Positions 14,401 through 30,624 of a stretch of 64,000 nt of DNA are shown in pieces. The position numbers were made by a program, and so were the translations under genes. Every line of letters begins with the position of its first letter. Position 1 is the stretch's first letter. Origin of the DNA: Bigelowiella natans CCMP2755 (lineage: Eukaryota; Protista; Cercozoa); contig ADNK01003163.1 of NCBI GenBank assembly GCA_000320545.1, positions 29,810-93,809 on the forward strand. The letters are read 5' to 3'. The notes under the pieces are model-generated. The model did not search any database and was not told where the DNA came from. It was given only the letters and a program-made list of their open reading frames with translations.

Positions 14401-15308
14401 CGATTCCATAGTCGTCTTTACAATAATATGATAGGAGCACAAGATGATATGTACCAAGCGTTTTACCTACACATCAGAGCCTCTCTTTCTCCCCCTCTTC
14501 CTTTATACATTAATAGCGATTGTATATCTTCCTCATACTCCTCCTTTATTCACTCATGTAGGCATTGAATATGACGCATTATACGATCGACTGCTGATTG
14601 TGATGTCGGGCTTGAATAGAGTGCTTGTCGTATCCCTTCAAACGGGAGAAATCATTGATATGCTTGGCTTTAAAGGTGGATTAGTTATTGCTGAGGAGGA
14701 GGAGTTTGCCATATTTGTTACGACGAAAAGACGACAATATCGAAAACATCATATATTGGGAAAAGTGGGAGATCTTACTGTTCCCTCTGCAATCTTCCTC
14801 TTTTATTTTGCTGGATTATTATTATTATTATTGTTATTATTGTTATTATTATTGTTATTATTAGTGTTATTGCCGAGTAGACACTCACAGCAGCAGCAGC
14901 TGTGCATGAGGAGGAAGGAAAAATTTTTCAAAGATTTATTCACATATATCAGCATAGCAGCAGCTCAAATTGAGACAATCGGAACAAGTGCTTCTTACTA
15001 TGTGTGCGCGTGCGTGTTTCTACATTTGCACAATAACATTCAGAGGAGAAAAAAGGGGACAATAAGGTATGGAAACGTAGGGCTGATGGGAAGGGAAACC
15101 TACGGACTCCGTACTACTGCTGTGCCTTCGAGAATCGAATGTACTACTACTACTACTACTACTACAGTGTATGCTTTTGATATACTAGTAATAATACGTA
15201 CTACTGCTGTGCCTTCGAGAATCGAATGTAGTAGTATATCAAAAGCATACACTACTACTACTACTAGTAGTAGTAGTAATAATACATAGTGACATCAATA
15301 TCACACCG

Positions 15309-15362
<54 letters not shown>

Positions 15363-15617
15363 TCACGTGTTAATGCATGTTCGTATATATGAAAAACAAT
15401 TTTTCATTTGGACGCAGCTGTCACTACCACAACAACAACACTTGGTCCCCCCCCCCACACAACTACTACGACTATTAGTAATATTACTAATACTGGTGCT
15501 TATTTACTAGTAGTAGTATCTATCAAACACAGCTAGAATATAACCCTCCTCTAAGTCATTTTTCCTTCCTTTCAACCTTCACCCTTCTTCTTCTTCTTCC
15601 CTTCCTCCTCCCTTGCT

Positions 15618-15653
<36 letters not shown>

Positions 15654-16597
15654 TTCTCTTTTCCTCTTCACCATCATGCTTTTTATCATCAAATCAAGAT
15701 ACGTGACATCGTACATTGACAATCGCGTTGTGGTGTACAACCGCAATACGCTTGAATTTATGAGAAATTCTCCTAATGTGACGCACCCTATGGGAATTTG
15801 CGCCGACAATGCTCATATCTACGTGGCGGCGGCTGGAGAGAATCGTGTTGTTGTCTTTGACCGACACACCCTCTGCAAAGTCAAGACTCTTGGCTCAGGA
15901 GCAGGTTGTTGTTATGCATTATCATTATGTCTTTACTACCATTTTTATGTTGTTGTCATCATCATTATCATCATCATCATCATCATCATCATCGTGTTGT
16001 CGGAATACCGTCATATGTTACTTGTTTGATTGATATCTTGGTTCGGTGTTGCTGTGTGCGTGCAGGGGCAAGAAACAACAACCTACAACTACCATACGAC
16101 ATTGCGTGTGACGAACGTAACTTGTACATATGCGACCGCAACAACAATCGTTTGATAATCTGGGACAAAAACGATGGGAAGTATGTCCGACAGTGGCGCT
16201 ATGTGCCTAACCAAGGATCAGCGTCGATGTGTGTATTTTCTACTGCTAATACCCGTCTAAATGCCATCATTACATGCCTGTATATACTAGTAGTAGTAGT
16301 AGTAGTAGCAGCAGCAGCAGCAGGAGCATCGTTATCATCATCATTATTTTTGTTACTTTTATTATAATGATTACCACAATAATATTATCAGGCGCAGTGT
16401 GTGCGGCGTAGCGTTGTGCGGTGGTAACGTTTTCGTTCAGGAGTACACCGGAAAAGGCACTTTTATGTTCTCAGAGTCCTCCCCCATAGGAGAGATCCTA
16501 CCTGCACGCCAAACGTGTTTGGGCATCACAGTGTTTCGCAAGAGACTCCGCAGCAATATCTTTGCTGCCGCTACGGTAGTAGTAGTATTATGCGCGC

Positions 16598-16668
<71 letters not shown>

Positions 16669-16760
16669 AAGAAAGGTACCGCCGTGTTCTATCATCGTCT
16701 CTTGAGCTTGGTCTTTATCATTACCATCACTTAGATCCTGAACACTTTTGTATATCTACA

Positions 16761-16806
<46 letters not shown>

Positions 16807-17833
16807 CTGTGGTTGGTACTGCTACTTGCTAATGGTGTGTGCTGCCTGTTGATAACAACCCTACTAATCAATTTATCTTCTTTTTCTCATTTTGTTCTTC
16901 CTCCTCCCCCCCCTCCTCCTCTCCTCCTCTCCTCAACCAACAATATAAGGCCGAGGTATCACTTTCTCGTGAGCAAGGTGCTCCTGTACTGCCCAAAAAG
17001 GGATTTACGTGGATAGCCGACAACACCGTGCGAGTATGGTGGGATACAGGTGGCTGCTTGCTTGCTTGTTGTTGTTGTGAATCATGTGACTAAGTAACGT
17101 GACGTGACGTAAGGAGAGAAGTATGTGGTGGGATGGTACTACTCACTACAGCTTGTAAGTAACTAAGTAATACAAGACAGAAAGTAGTTAGCCCCCCGGT
17201 AGTTCTTTGGCTGCTTCTCATCTTTCTCTTTGTTAATGACTCAATCCATGAATATCATCATATGTTTACATGATACTCAGGGTCACAGCACCTCGACGTG
17301 CAATCTGTGTCTCTATCTCTGCTGCCTAAACGCTCTACGGCTTTCACGGCACACGCCATCCGCAACAATGTCAAGGAAATGGTCATTGCAGAAAGGATTC
17401 CCAATACGGTAGGCTTTTGTCTCATTAGACGTTGTTGATTATATTGGATGATTGTGATGATGATTATCATGTTTATGCGAGAATGAAGTTGGGGTGGGGG
17501 ATGGAAAATAGGCTGAAAATGCTAAATTGCATCTCATCTAGCTAGCTGCATGTTTATTGTACGCAAAGGTCGTCGGATGGTCTATCTTATCATTTCGGAC
17601 TGATTCACCTTCATTCTCCCCCTCTTTCTCTTTCTCCTCCCTTTCTTTTGTGTACTACTACCACTGTGTGCGACTGTTGTAGGGTAGCATATTCTGGCGT
17701 CTCCCAAAGGATAAGGATTTCTCCAAGCTTTTCATCTGTAACAATGAGAACCAGACTACGCTAGGAGAATTTCAAATCGCCGTAAAGTCAGTTATTACCA
17801 AAATAATGCAACGAAAACATTCAATCGAGACGT

Positions 17834-17868
<35 letters not shown>

Positions 17869-18387
17869 TTGCTACATAGAACTCATTGATTGTGTCAAGC
17901 ACAGTGCTGCTGCTGAGAATACTCATATTGATAATTATGATTATTGAAAGGTACCACGCCAATGACCCTAAGGAACAGAAACTAATTAAAATTTTGACCA
18001 GCCTCTACATGGTAAAATCATCGGCAAATCTTGCCCAAATACTTGCCGCATTGATCAAGCTTGAGTTGACAGAAGCGCAGGCTGCTACGCGTGTTGCCCC
18101 TGCCCTTTTCGCTTTGCGGACGAAATCTCCTTCGATCTTTGCAGATAATGATGCCGTGAAGAAGCTGCTTTTGCGGTTTCTAAAGCCGTATAAGAAGAAG
18201 TTTTATGATCATGAACGTGAAATGCAAAGGCGGTTACAGAAGAAGGGAAATGGATTTGGCACTGGTGTTGACGAAGAGGCTCCCAACAAAGTAAAGAAGT
18301 GATGATCATTGTGGAAGTAGTAGTAGTAGTAGCAGTAGTGGTCGTAGCTGTAGTAGCAGATATAGTATTGTGTTTGGTTGATGTTTC

Positions 18388-18424
<37 letters not shown>

Positions 18425-20651
18425 AACCCCTCCTTACTACGATTGTGTGAGTAGTAAGTTGTAGTCGGCAATTATAATTAATGCTACAAGCCACTACTAC
18501 TCCATCATCCACAATACGTCGTCATTGACATACTCGACTGACTTATTGCTACTTATTCTCTCTTCCTTCCGTGCATCGTCTTCCTCACTATTCGTATCAT
18601 CATCATCATCATCATCATTGTTGTTGTTGTTGTTGTTGTTGTTGTCGTCGTCGTTTCTCATCGTCAGAGCATCATGCGCTGCATTATGACATCGCCATCA
18701 CTCGTTGAACTGAAGGGTGTCCAACCAGCCAAGGAGGTACTGCTACTGCTACTACTACTACTACTACTACTACAAGTAGATGTGCAATGAAGTACGATGT
18801 CAAAGTGTATTGTATAGAAGTAATAACATATGCATATGAATCATAACCTCCTCCTTTTCACAAACGCTTTCTTCTCCTTCCTCCTCCTCCTCCTCCTCCT
18901 CCTACTACTACTACTACTACTACTACTACTAACAGATTCTTGATGCAACAGTCTTTAGCTGTGATGGCATTTGTATTCAGGTGCTTGTACTCAACAATAA
19001 CAATCGATCGAATCAATCTTATCTACACTAACACGCTATTGGATCTCACCTTGTTACATAACGCCTCCCTTCCCTCTATCTTGTCGCCGAATATATAATT
19101 CAGCTACAACAGCATCAAATACAGTAGTAGAAACTATATTATTATGGTTCTAACATATTGTTCTCCTCGTCAGACCGGAGCCTCTCTCTCTCTCTCTCTC
19201 TCTCTCTCCCCCCCTCTCACTCTCACTCACTCTCTTATTAGGCATCTCGTCATTCTCGGAACGTGCTATATCGATCCCAAGACACGATATTCTCTGTAAT
19301 GCGCCACAGGAGAAGGATGAAGAGGACAGCTCGAGGAGAACACCTTAAAGATTCTGCCATTAAGGCTGTTGACTTGACTCTGAAGATGCCGAAGATGATG
19401 CGTGTTTCTTCAGTCGAGATCGGCCTACCGGATTGGGATGATGCGAGTAGGGTCTACTCTTCCTCTTCTTCTTCTTCTTCTTCTTCTTCTTCTTCTCCTC
19501 CTCCTCCTCCTCCTCCTTCCCCTCCTCCTCTTCTAATCGTGGTTTTATTCTCATCTTGTATCAATAATACACAACTATAAGGTACTACTCCGGTGGGTGC
19601 CTTGGCCGTGTTTGTTAGCGTACACCCTCCACCTCCAAATGCTTTCAAGGAATGGGATAATTACAATGCTGCACAGGGCGAGAGGGACTTTAATACCTAT
19701 GCCAAGAAGATGCGCCAACGCGGTCGTCTAAATGTTATGGGGACAAAGTTCTCATATGATGGGCTGTGCTCGAAGTTCAAGGACCGCTATAGCAGCCTAA
19801 TGATGGCAGCAGCAGCAGCAGAGGCAAAAGAAGGAAAAGGAGCGCAAATAGAAATACAAAACAGAATTAATGCAAAATGGTAATTGGTGTTGCCATAACA
19901 TATCACTCTCCAGTATTTTTCCTCTGTGGTGAAGAAGGGGGAGGAGTGGTAGAGCGTATCAATGCATAGTACGAAGAGCTTACTTAGTAGTCCCCCCCCC
20001 CCCCCTCCTCCTCCCCCTCCTCCTCTTTCTGCCCTTCCGCTTTTCCTTTTTCTGTATTCGTAATAATTTCTTCTCCCCATCATCAATGCAGCTACAAGAT
20101 TATAAAAAGATGCCTCTCTACCTCATTTAGAAGCCCACAAAGCTTCTTCATAGTGGTAAAAAGGAAATGATAATGAATAATTATAATGATACTTAACAAA
20201 GATAATAATGCTATCTGATGACCATTCTTACTACTATAATGCTTTTCCTTATCTTCTTGCTACTGCTTGTGCTACTGTTGCTGCTACTACTACCACTACT
20301 CTGCTACTACTCTCATTACGACGCCGATAACGCTACACCTACTGAATCTTTGGAAACACAACACACACAACAATAACGACAACACAACAACACCATAAAA
20401 GACAGGGAGGACTATAGTGCTACATCGTTACGCTTTTCGAGCTTATCACCCCTTCATTTCTCCCCCTCCCTCCTCCCCTCCCTCCTCCCTACCTACCTTA
20501 CGTTGTGGTTCCCCCCCCCCCCCCCTCCGATTGTACTACTACTAATAGGCATTAGCGAACAAGCCAGGAGTCCACATATACAATGTTGGTCAAATCGCGA
20601 GTGGCACTAATGCTGCAAATGCTCAGCCGAAGAAGGTGAAGAAGTCGCCAC

Positions 20652-20685
<34 letters not shown>

Positions 20686-23600
20686 ATAGTAGTAGCAGTA
20701 AAAGAAGAAGAAGAAGAAAAAGAGGGAGAAAGTGCGATGTAAGAAGTAGATGCACGACCTGTTCCATGTACCTTTATACTTTGCTTTCTTTTATCTTTGG
20801 TGGTGGCGACGGAGAACGTTATTTGTGTGTTTTGAGTACATCTATTGTCATCATCATCGTCATCATCATTCTATAATCTAGATTATGAACAGTGTTTCGA
20901 GTAATGGCAGTCTAAATATCTGAGCAACGCTTTCCCTTATTTCCTTTCTCTCTTTCTTGCTCTAATTTATATTAAATGTTGTTCTTATGTTTTCTTCTTT
21001 TTTCTCCTCTCTTCAGTTGTTGCACCTCAACGAGATGCGTGTGAGAGGTATTGCCGTGCAGTCCAAAAGACGTTTGGTCTATGTCATTGCGGAGAAGAGA
21101 TTGAAGGTTTATAAGCTACCAGCCAGAGGGGAGGAGGAGGCTGAGATCCTTAACTCTATTCCAATCGGACATCATGTGAAAGCAGGAGGAAAACGCTTTT
21201 GTAAGCTTGCCGTCAGTTATCAATACGTCTTTATGGCTCATCCCGGTGAGAGAAAGAGAAAGAGGGTCGTGTGTTTAGAGGACTTGTTCGATTGATAGAG
21301 TGATCCTTGACTGATGGAATAAGTGAGAGGAAGGACGAGAAGAAGAAGAAGAAGAAGAAGAAGAAGAAGAAGAAGAAGAAAGTAGACGAAACACACAGCA
21401 GCACTAGCTTCATCTAACGCCTCATTCCTAGATCAAATATGGTGGTAGTTGTTGTTGTTGTTGTTATTGCCTACTTTTTCTTTTATTGCCTGAATTATAT
21501 TTGATTTCTCTTCTTATTGTAATTTTCCTTTTTGTTCTTCTTCTTGTTCGTGAATGCAGGTGGTGTTTGGGTTCTGAGCCCTCTGCTTGAGAAGGTGTAT
21601 TCGAAAATAAAGCTACCAACTTCTCCACGAGGAATCACAACGGACGGGCAATACCTCTACATCTGCCTCAAAAATACAATCCACCTCCACGATGCTACTA
21701 TGATAAAAAAGGAGGAGTCCTTTGCCAAAATTGGCACTATTGATGTATCTAACCTAATGCATATCGCTGTGTCGCCAGCATCATCATCAGAAGGGAAAAG
21801 TAATTCTAATTTTCTTTACGTTGTCGCAAAGTACAAGTCGTCCGCTATTTTCACCCGATTCCACATCAAAGTCCTTCGTGAGAATAATACGACGACAACA
21901 CAGCAGAAGAAGGAGATCTCCATCAGCAAGAGAACTCAGCTGTCTGTTGCTGCAGGGGCTATTATTAATCCTGACAAGATAACTGGCCTCTATGTTATTC
22001 GGCAAGAAGATGATAGTGATGACAACGAAAACGACTCGGAAGATACGGTGGGTGATGAAGGCTGGAGACATACTGATGCTCTTGTGGTACAAACAGGCAC
22101 TACTTTCAGTGTTTTTAACAAGTGCTGTGGTTGCAGTAGCACCACGAAGAAAAAGGAGGAGAATGAGAAGAAGAGAGGAATTCTCGAGTATAAACTAAAT
22201 CAGCTCGTAGAACCTCCTTATTCAAACAGCAATCACATCCTGAAAAAATCAGCCGCAAAGACAAAAAAGAACATTAAATGTGGCTTCATGTACTGGGTAA
22301 TACTACTAAATACTGCATATGTAGAAAATACAATTACAAGTAGAAGATAGATGATGAACACACGCACTATACTCCCATCTTACTCTGAGAAACAAACGAT
22401 GAACACACGCACTATACTCTCATCTTACTCTCATGTTGTTAAATACACAAAATAGCACCCACATTATAAGAAGCATTCTTGTCGTCGTCGTCATCGTCGT
22501 TTTCAGCATTCCTACAAGCACCACAAAAAGTCATCTCGTTCTTCCTATCATCAACACCACTGATCATCATCGTCGTTGTACTGCTGCTGCTACTGCTGCA
22601 ACTACTACTACTTAATACTGATCCAAAGGGTCCAAGTATTTACCCAGGTAACAGGAAGGAGAAACCGGAGAATCACGAGGATATTGCCTTTGAGAATGCT
22701 ATTGGGGATATTCTAGGCAGTGACGGAGGGGGAGGGGGAGGAGAAAGAACAAGCAGGGCTCGTATGATCAACAATCACATGTTCATAGCTGAGATGGGGA
22801 GGAATAGACTCCAAGTACGTGATATGGGGAGTACAAACAATTCTGCAATCGCACAGTTAAACAGGGTGACCTTTGCCCCCTCTGTACCCATACAAGCCAT
22901 TCCAAATAGGACACTAAATATGGTAATAGGAGGGACGACAAGCAAAGAACAACAACAACAACAACAACAACAATAAGACATCACCTATTAATAATATTAA
23001 TAATCACAACAATTGTAATAATTGTAACAATAATGATGAGAAAGATAATGACTTTTTGGAGAGGAAGAAGGAGAACGGTGTTGGTGAATATAGTGTTTAC
23101 GATGATTGCTGTGCATGAAAAGGAAGGGAGGGATAGGGAAGCTTTTTTGAAGATTTGAGAGCATTAACAACACCATAGGAGGAGGGGGAGGAGGAAGAGG
23201 AGGTGGAGGGTGAGGAGGAGGAGGGGGAGGAGGAAGGGAATGGTTGGTGGCGATAATAGCATCATTATTCAATTAGATGCACATATCAAAATACTACATC
23301 GTCATCATCATCATCATCATCATCATTATCATCATCCATCAGTCTAGCATCACTTCAGTCGAAGCCGATGATCAATTCGTTTACATCAACGAGTCAGTCA
23401 GTATCATTATTAATAATAATACACTAACAAACACATGATGCTTGAGTAGTTGTAGTAGTAGTAGTGCCACTGCTGCTGCTGCTGCTGTCATTGATAATAT
23501 TCGGTGATGATGCTGGTCTGATGGATGATGATGATAATGATGCTGATGTCAACATTCAACCTTTATTCTCAAAATTTCGGCCGATCTTCTTTCTCATTCT

Positions 23601-26600
23601 CTTCATCATGATCATTGCCTTTTGATGAGATTATATGCCTATGATAGATGTTCCAAATTTAATAATGATTATAATCCTTCTTCTTCCTCCTTCAAATACT
23701 ATTATTTCAGCTACAGAAACCATTGCATTCTTATCGTAAATCGAGACGATTTTGGTGGAAGTGTAGCACGCCGCGTGAACACAGCCCCGATGAATGTTGT
23801 CCATATCTTGGGCATACGCGGTCGACTTCAGGTGGTGTGCGTTAATGCATGTGTGTTCTTGTAGTAATAATAATAATAATAATGATACCCTTACTACTAC
23901 TGTTATCATTCTGTGCACTGCTATTATAACAGGGTCGGAATACGAATAACGGGTTCAGCAGCCCATGCCTAATCCACCTAGACGAGCATTACATCTATGT
24001 ATCTGACTACGGCAACTGTCGCTTGCAGGTAGTGATGAAGAGGAGGAAGAGGAAGAAAACAACAGAAAATAGGAGGAGGGAGATAATGACGATGATGGTG
24101 ATGATGATATCATTCTTTTCAGATATTTAACCGAGAAACACGGGAGTACGTCGCGACTATAGACCATAGAAGGTTCTACAGCTTCGGATGTTGCACTGAT
24201 GATAATCATGTTTATATTGCCATACAATCTGCTCCGCAACAAGTGCGTGTGTTTACCAAAAACACCTGGGCGGCTGAAAGAACCATCCATGTCGCTCCTT
24301 GCACACCCTATGGTAGTTGTAGTAGTAGTAGTAGTATCACATATGCTCTTATGATAAAACTTATTATGATTAACTAACCATGAAAACAACAACGACGACG
24401 ACGACGACGATGTGACCTTCTTATTATTATTGTTGTTCTTCTTCTTCTTCTTCTTCTTCTTTGTACTACAATGTCCTCTTACATGATGATGATGATGATG
24501 ATTAAAAACAAAAGGTATCGCTGTTGATGAGCAGTACATATATCTTTCTGGGTACAACCGAAACGATTTGGTGATCCATGACAAGTATTCCGGTCGGATG
24601 GTAAGGACAATAGGTGGAACTGGTCTGCCTGGATGGAACCGCCCATTTAATATCAAATTATACGAAAATACGCTTTACGTCTCGATGGGAGGTAGTTCAT
24701 TCATCACCTCACGCTACTACTTTTAGAACCAATAATCAATTAATGAATCAAAATAGAAATTAGAGAAGAAGAAGAAGAAGACAACACATATTCCTTCTAG
24801 TTTGTTCACGTCATGTAGCTTTCCCTCCTCACTTTTGTTGTAGTAGTTGTAGTAGTAGTAGTAGTAGTAGTAGTAGTAATAGCAGTAGCAATAGCAATTT
24901 TAGTAGGTGATCACCACGTGGTATGTATTGTTGGTACTGCTCCGTTGTTGAATAGTAATGTGTCGTAGTATGGCTCATTTTTATCGTTGTTGATATGTGT
25001 GTTCATTTCTTCTCATCTTCTAGGTGGTGGCATTGTCAAGTGCATAAATATTGCATCCGGTGTAGAAAGAGACATCACTGGTGTGAGCTCTCCGCGTGGA
25101 ATTGCTTTTGCTCGTAATTTCTCGGATACGGCTGGTACTGAACGACGACGACTGAAGGCAACCGATATATCCCATTTCCGTGTCCGTGATGAAGCTAATC
25201 CAGTAGCCTTCGTTGACCTCTCTAAATACTCCCTTCAAGAGTATCCTCTCATTAGCGGAAAGAGCAGTACGAAATCATCGTCAACGTCGTCTTTTCCCTC
25301 TGATTCTACTACAGTGAGAGTTCCAGTTCCCCCCTATTTTGCCGCATGTGGGCGATATGTGACCTTCAAGCTTCTTCGGCCAAAGTCCATTACTGAACGT
25401 GCTGATGAACTACGAGTAAGCTTGAGAGAAACAATGGCAATGGTAAGTATTATAAGAGGGAAAGAACCCATCATCATCATCATGTGCGTATGATACTAGT
25501 ACTACTAGTAGTAGTAGTAGTAGTTGTTGTTGTAGTATACGGAACAAAATTAATAGAACAAGTGGCTGAAAACACATACAACAGCTTTGTTGGCTGAGGT
25601 ATTTTAGCGTATGCAGTGCAAGTTAGTTGTTTGTCAGAACATAATGGTTGCCAATCGTGTTGCGCATTGTATGATGATAACAACACACTAAATCCCAATC
25701 GTGTTCTTGATATATTCACATTGTATAATGATAACAACACACTAAATTCATTTTCCCCCTAGGCTAAGCAGGAGAGTGGTGAGAGCGACTCTTCCCTCCC
25801 ACCACGATTCGATCCAAGTTTCATCTCTTCTAGGTGGGATCATATCCTCAATATGTATATAGTTTCATTTGCATCTTGCTGGTGCTATAATAAAACGCTG
25901 CAGTAGTAATAATAGTAGTAATGGAAGTAAGACGATAACTGCAGCACTACCTCACTCATCCCCTTTCTGCTACTACTGCTACTATTGCTACTATTGCTAC
26001 TGCTGCTAGCTACTACTTACGTCGATATGCATCAACTCATAATTATCATCATCATGATATTTGATATCATATCATATCATATCATCAGAGGCACACAGAT
26101 CTACGACTTCAGTAACAACAACCGTACAGCACGTAAGGCTAGGGTCGGTGGAACGATTTACATCATCCGATCTCATCGTATACCGCACCGCAAAATCATA
26201 AGAATCAGATTCCGTGTTGGTACTACTACTACTACTACTACTACTACTAGAATAAGTATGAAGCACTGCATGTTGTTGTTGTTGTTACTATGATGTTATC
26301 ATTTTGTAATTTACGTGAGATACCTGAGGTGGTTGGCTATTAAAGATTATTAGTATTTACTCCTCCTAATCCTCTTACTTTTCAAAACTGCTGGTTACTC
26401 GCTGTTTTTTACCCATCATGTTGTGCGAGGTTTATTGAGAGTTATTATTTGTGTGTTCTCCTTCGTTAGTACCCATCGACCATTTCATTCAAGCTTATAA
26501 TGCTGTATTCTTCTTCTTCTTGTTCCATTGTCTGCGTACTACTACTACATATGTTACTTCTTCCTGTTCTTCTCAGATAGGTATGTGTCAGGAGACTTCC

Positions 26601-26908
26601 AAGTAGGCTTCATGACTCGTCGAGAAACGAGATCTGCGTGGCTGCGAAATCAAGAAAATAATGGCATTTACGGAATTACCAATGTAATATCATTACCAAT
26701 GTATAATGTACAAATGATATGATTGAAGGAGGAGGAGGAGGAGAGAGAGAAATATGAATATTTAGCATTCATAAGTGCTGTTATTACTACCGCGGATAGG
26801 AGAAAGTAGGCAAGATATTTATGTGTAAACAACGACGAAGGAAACTGAGCCAAAGCAAATAATAAGCAATTTAACGTATACTATCATGTTGTCAAGTGTT
26901 GATGTGTG

Positions 26909-26941
<33 letters not shown>

Positions 26942-27032
26942 TGTATGTGTGTGTATTTGCGTTAGTCAATGCATATGTTTTGATTATTGTCCTTTCATTA
27001 CTTTCTTAACGAGTAAGCGCTTCTTCGCCATC

Positions 27033-27063
<31 letters not shown>

Positions 27064-27759
27064 CCATCATCTTCATCACCATCATCATCCATCATTCTCA
27101 TTGCAGCAACAGTACACTATGAGGGCAGGAGTCGTGATAACATTCACTGTGCGCCCATTACTCAGGGAAGCAACGGTAGTAAGTACTAGGTCTATAGATG
27201 ATAATGATGATTATGATGATGACATGTCACTAATAGACAGTGATATGTGGATAATAATAGCCTACCTGCATGTATATATATACATATATTATTAGTAGTA
27301 ATATAATAATTATAATCATAATAATGATGTCGGCGATGACTCATATAACAATCGTTTTCGTATTTTGTTTACTTTTCATTCCTTCCTCGTTTTCCTCCCC
27401 CTCCTCCTCCACCCCTCTCTCCTCCTCCTCTCCTCGTGTACGATGACTATAATAGCCTGTTTGCTACTATTTTACAGCTGTTTTCATACTTCTATTCTGC
27501 CTGATTTCCACCAACAAATGTAGACTGTCAAAGATGAAGTTATCATCACTAGCAATTCCTTCTTCTTGTTGTTGTTGTTGTTGATGTTGTTGCTGTTGTT
27601 GTGTTTATCAGGCCAGTGTGGGCAATCAGACCATTCGTACATGGAATCAAATCAATATACACGGTGCACAAGCTATTTTTGCAGCAGTTGCGATGCGACA
27701 GATCGGAAATCAGGTATGTAAGTGTGTGTGTGTTTGTGTGTGTGTATGCGCGTGCCATC

Positions 27760-27804
<45 letters not shown>

Positions 27805-29639
27805 CCAGACTTGTTTGGTTTTCTGTAATCGTTATCATCATCAATCATCATCTTGAGTTATCATACATATAAGTTTATGTTAATGATAACCACTGTCTAG
27901 GTAAATAAGGTTCAATATTGTTCTTTTCCCAGTTTTTCCTTTGCTCTCTTTGCCATCAGTTTCAAGGCATCCATTGACTACAAAATATTAATAATAATAA
28001 TAATAAATCATGTTAGGTAACTCTTCTTGGGGGAGGGTTCAACGACGGTACAAACGAGGAAAAGGTTAGTAGCTTAAATAAAATACAACGATAATAATAA
28101 TATGATCAACATGCAATGGAACATATCAGTTGCTGTCTTCCAGTAGTTAGTCATTACTACTCAAGATATCTTAATCAGTATTATCATCATCATCATCATC
28201 ATCATCATTGTGCGTGTGTGTGTGTTTACGTACATACAACGTATAATACCATTCGAGAGGTAGACCATAACATCGACCGTTTGTTCTTTTGCATCATCTT
28301 CATCCTGATCAAGCATTTTTTGACAACATATATCAATGATAAGCTATATAATTGTTGTAGGGCAACAACAACAACAACAACAACAACGGTGTAGTTTCAT
28401 CGATGTTTGGTTTCCTCAAACGCGCAATAGTTGGTTCGTCGAGTATTAAAGAAGAAAAAGAAGAAAAGGTGGTGGTGTTTCTCTATCTTCTTCTCTCTCC
28501 CTTTTCTCCTCTTCTCATCCATCTACAAATTTACTGCGTGCAACCTTCATCATATTGATAGTGCAATAAGTCACCTAGCAAGGATTGTCTTTCTTACTGC
28601 TGTGTTCATATTCCCCCTTCCTCAAACTAGGGTGCTGCTGCAGAAAAGGGAAAATATGGAGATGATGATGTTTTTACCGCCGCTCAAGTTTCCAGGAAGT
28701 ATAGCAGCAACAGCGACAACAACAACAACGAGGCACCGTCTATGGGTGTGAGTTTTCTTGGAATACGAGGCTGCGAGCTATCTAGAATTGATTCTATCAG
28801 CTCTACTACTACTACTGCTGCTGCTGCTGATAATGATCAAGATAATAAGAAAGAAAAGGGGAAATACGATAAGGGAGAGGAGGTTCAATCAGACGAAAAA
28901 AGAGGCGCCAATAACGATGATAATCGTGGAGAGGAGGCCAAGATGATGAAGTCTTACATTGGACCTTCAGTGGTGAAAAAGGTTAAAGTTAATCCATCCA
29001 TCCATCATTTGTGTGACATTCAGCATCACCATCATCATTACCAGGATGATGGATGATGAACCGATCTATTACTATTAGTACCAATACTACCGCAACTATT
29101 TTTTAGGTAAATGGCGGAAGTGTGATGATCGATTTGAAAGAGAAGATCCCTCAAAATGTGACAAAATGTGCAAATGACAAAGTCGAAAAGGCAAAGAAGC
29201 AAGAAAGCCTTATAGCTTCATCACGGTAGGATATGACGAGAGGAGGAGATGTTACATGCTGTTGCTGCCTGCTATTTATTGATAGCGTATCTGCGTATGT
29301 TCCTTACTAGCAGCAGCAGCAAGAGCAGTTTGCAAATTATGTATGATTATCTTCGATGGACAAGGAAGAAGGGCCCTTGTTGCTTCTTGCTCTTGTCTAC
29401 ATCTTACCGCCCCCACTTTATTTTATCGTCATCAGAGATATGGAAAGACAGTTGAGCGACTATCACTACTTTCATAACAAGTGCGGCATGGATATGTTGG
29501 CTACTGCCAAAGAATATTATGAGGAGGGCTCAAAGCCAAAGATTATCGATCGCTTGTTCGCCGTAGCGCATGTTCTTTTCAGAGCTGGAAAGTACCGCAA
29601 GAAGGAGACAGTAGGGTGGAAGAATGCTGCTGCAGGTAG

Positions 29640-29675
<36 letters not shown>

Positions 29676-30585
29676 AGAGGAAATTATTGCCACTAGATGC
29701 GATGATTAGTACACACTTCCTTATGGGTTTTTCCCAACTCGTAGTACAAGGTAGTAACCATGTGCTGTTTATGCATGTTGTGTGTGTGTGTTTGCTTGTT
29801 TGGTAGATTTTATGACTGAAGATATAATAAGCTACATTCACTTGTTGAGTTCCTACCTCAATGAGGAAGAAGAAGACAACGATAAAAGGAAGAAGAAGAA
29901 GGAGGAGGAGGAGGAGGATACCGTAGATGGCGATGATGTGAAATCGATGCACAAAAAGGAAAGGAAGGAAGCGTTAACCGTGTCCCCCCTTAAGGTGCTG
30001 CTCACGCTTTTCCTCTCTCTCTCTATGATATATATAGAAATGTATGCATTAGGTAGTCATCATGAGTCGTCGTTGTGAACTACAAAGACTTGAAAATAAC
30101 ACACGATGATAATAGTCATCATGAGTCGTCGTTGTGAACTACATACAAAGACTTGAAAATAACGCACGATGATGATAATAATACGACGTTAGGTGAAACA
30201 CTCTGCTCTGAGTCCTTCAAGATGTCGATGCGTTTTCGGTTTATGGGCAATGCTTTGCGAGAATCCCAAGAGGAAAGGAAGGTATTTACCAGAGATCCAA
30301 TGTCTCCTTGTCACAATAGGAAAGGCTGGAGAGTTTATAAGAAATGCACTCACGCTGTCCGGTAATGCTCCAGGCGTCAGGTACACTACGAGAGAGAATG
30401 AGTAGATGCGTGTGCGTGTATAAAATATCATAGAGATCTTCCTTCTTATCATCATTCTTCAAGAAACTGTGATGAACGTTCTTCATCTACCGAATACCTG
30501 GATTTATACACATATAAGTACATATATTATACTACTAAGTGGGAATATGAATGGGGGCCATCATAATATCATTGAGTAGTAGTAA

Positions 30586-30624
<39 letters not shown>

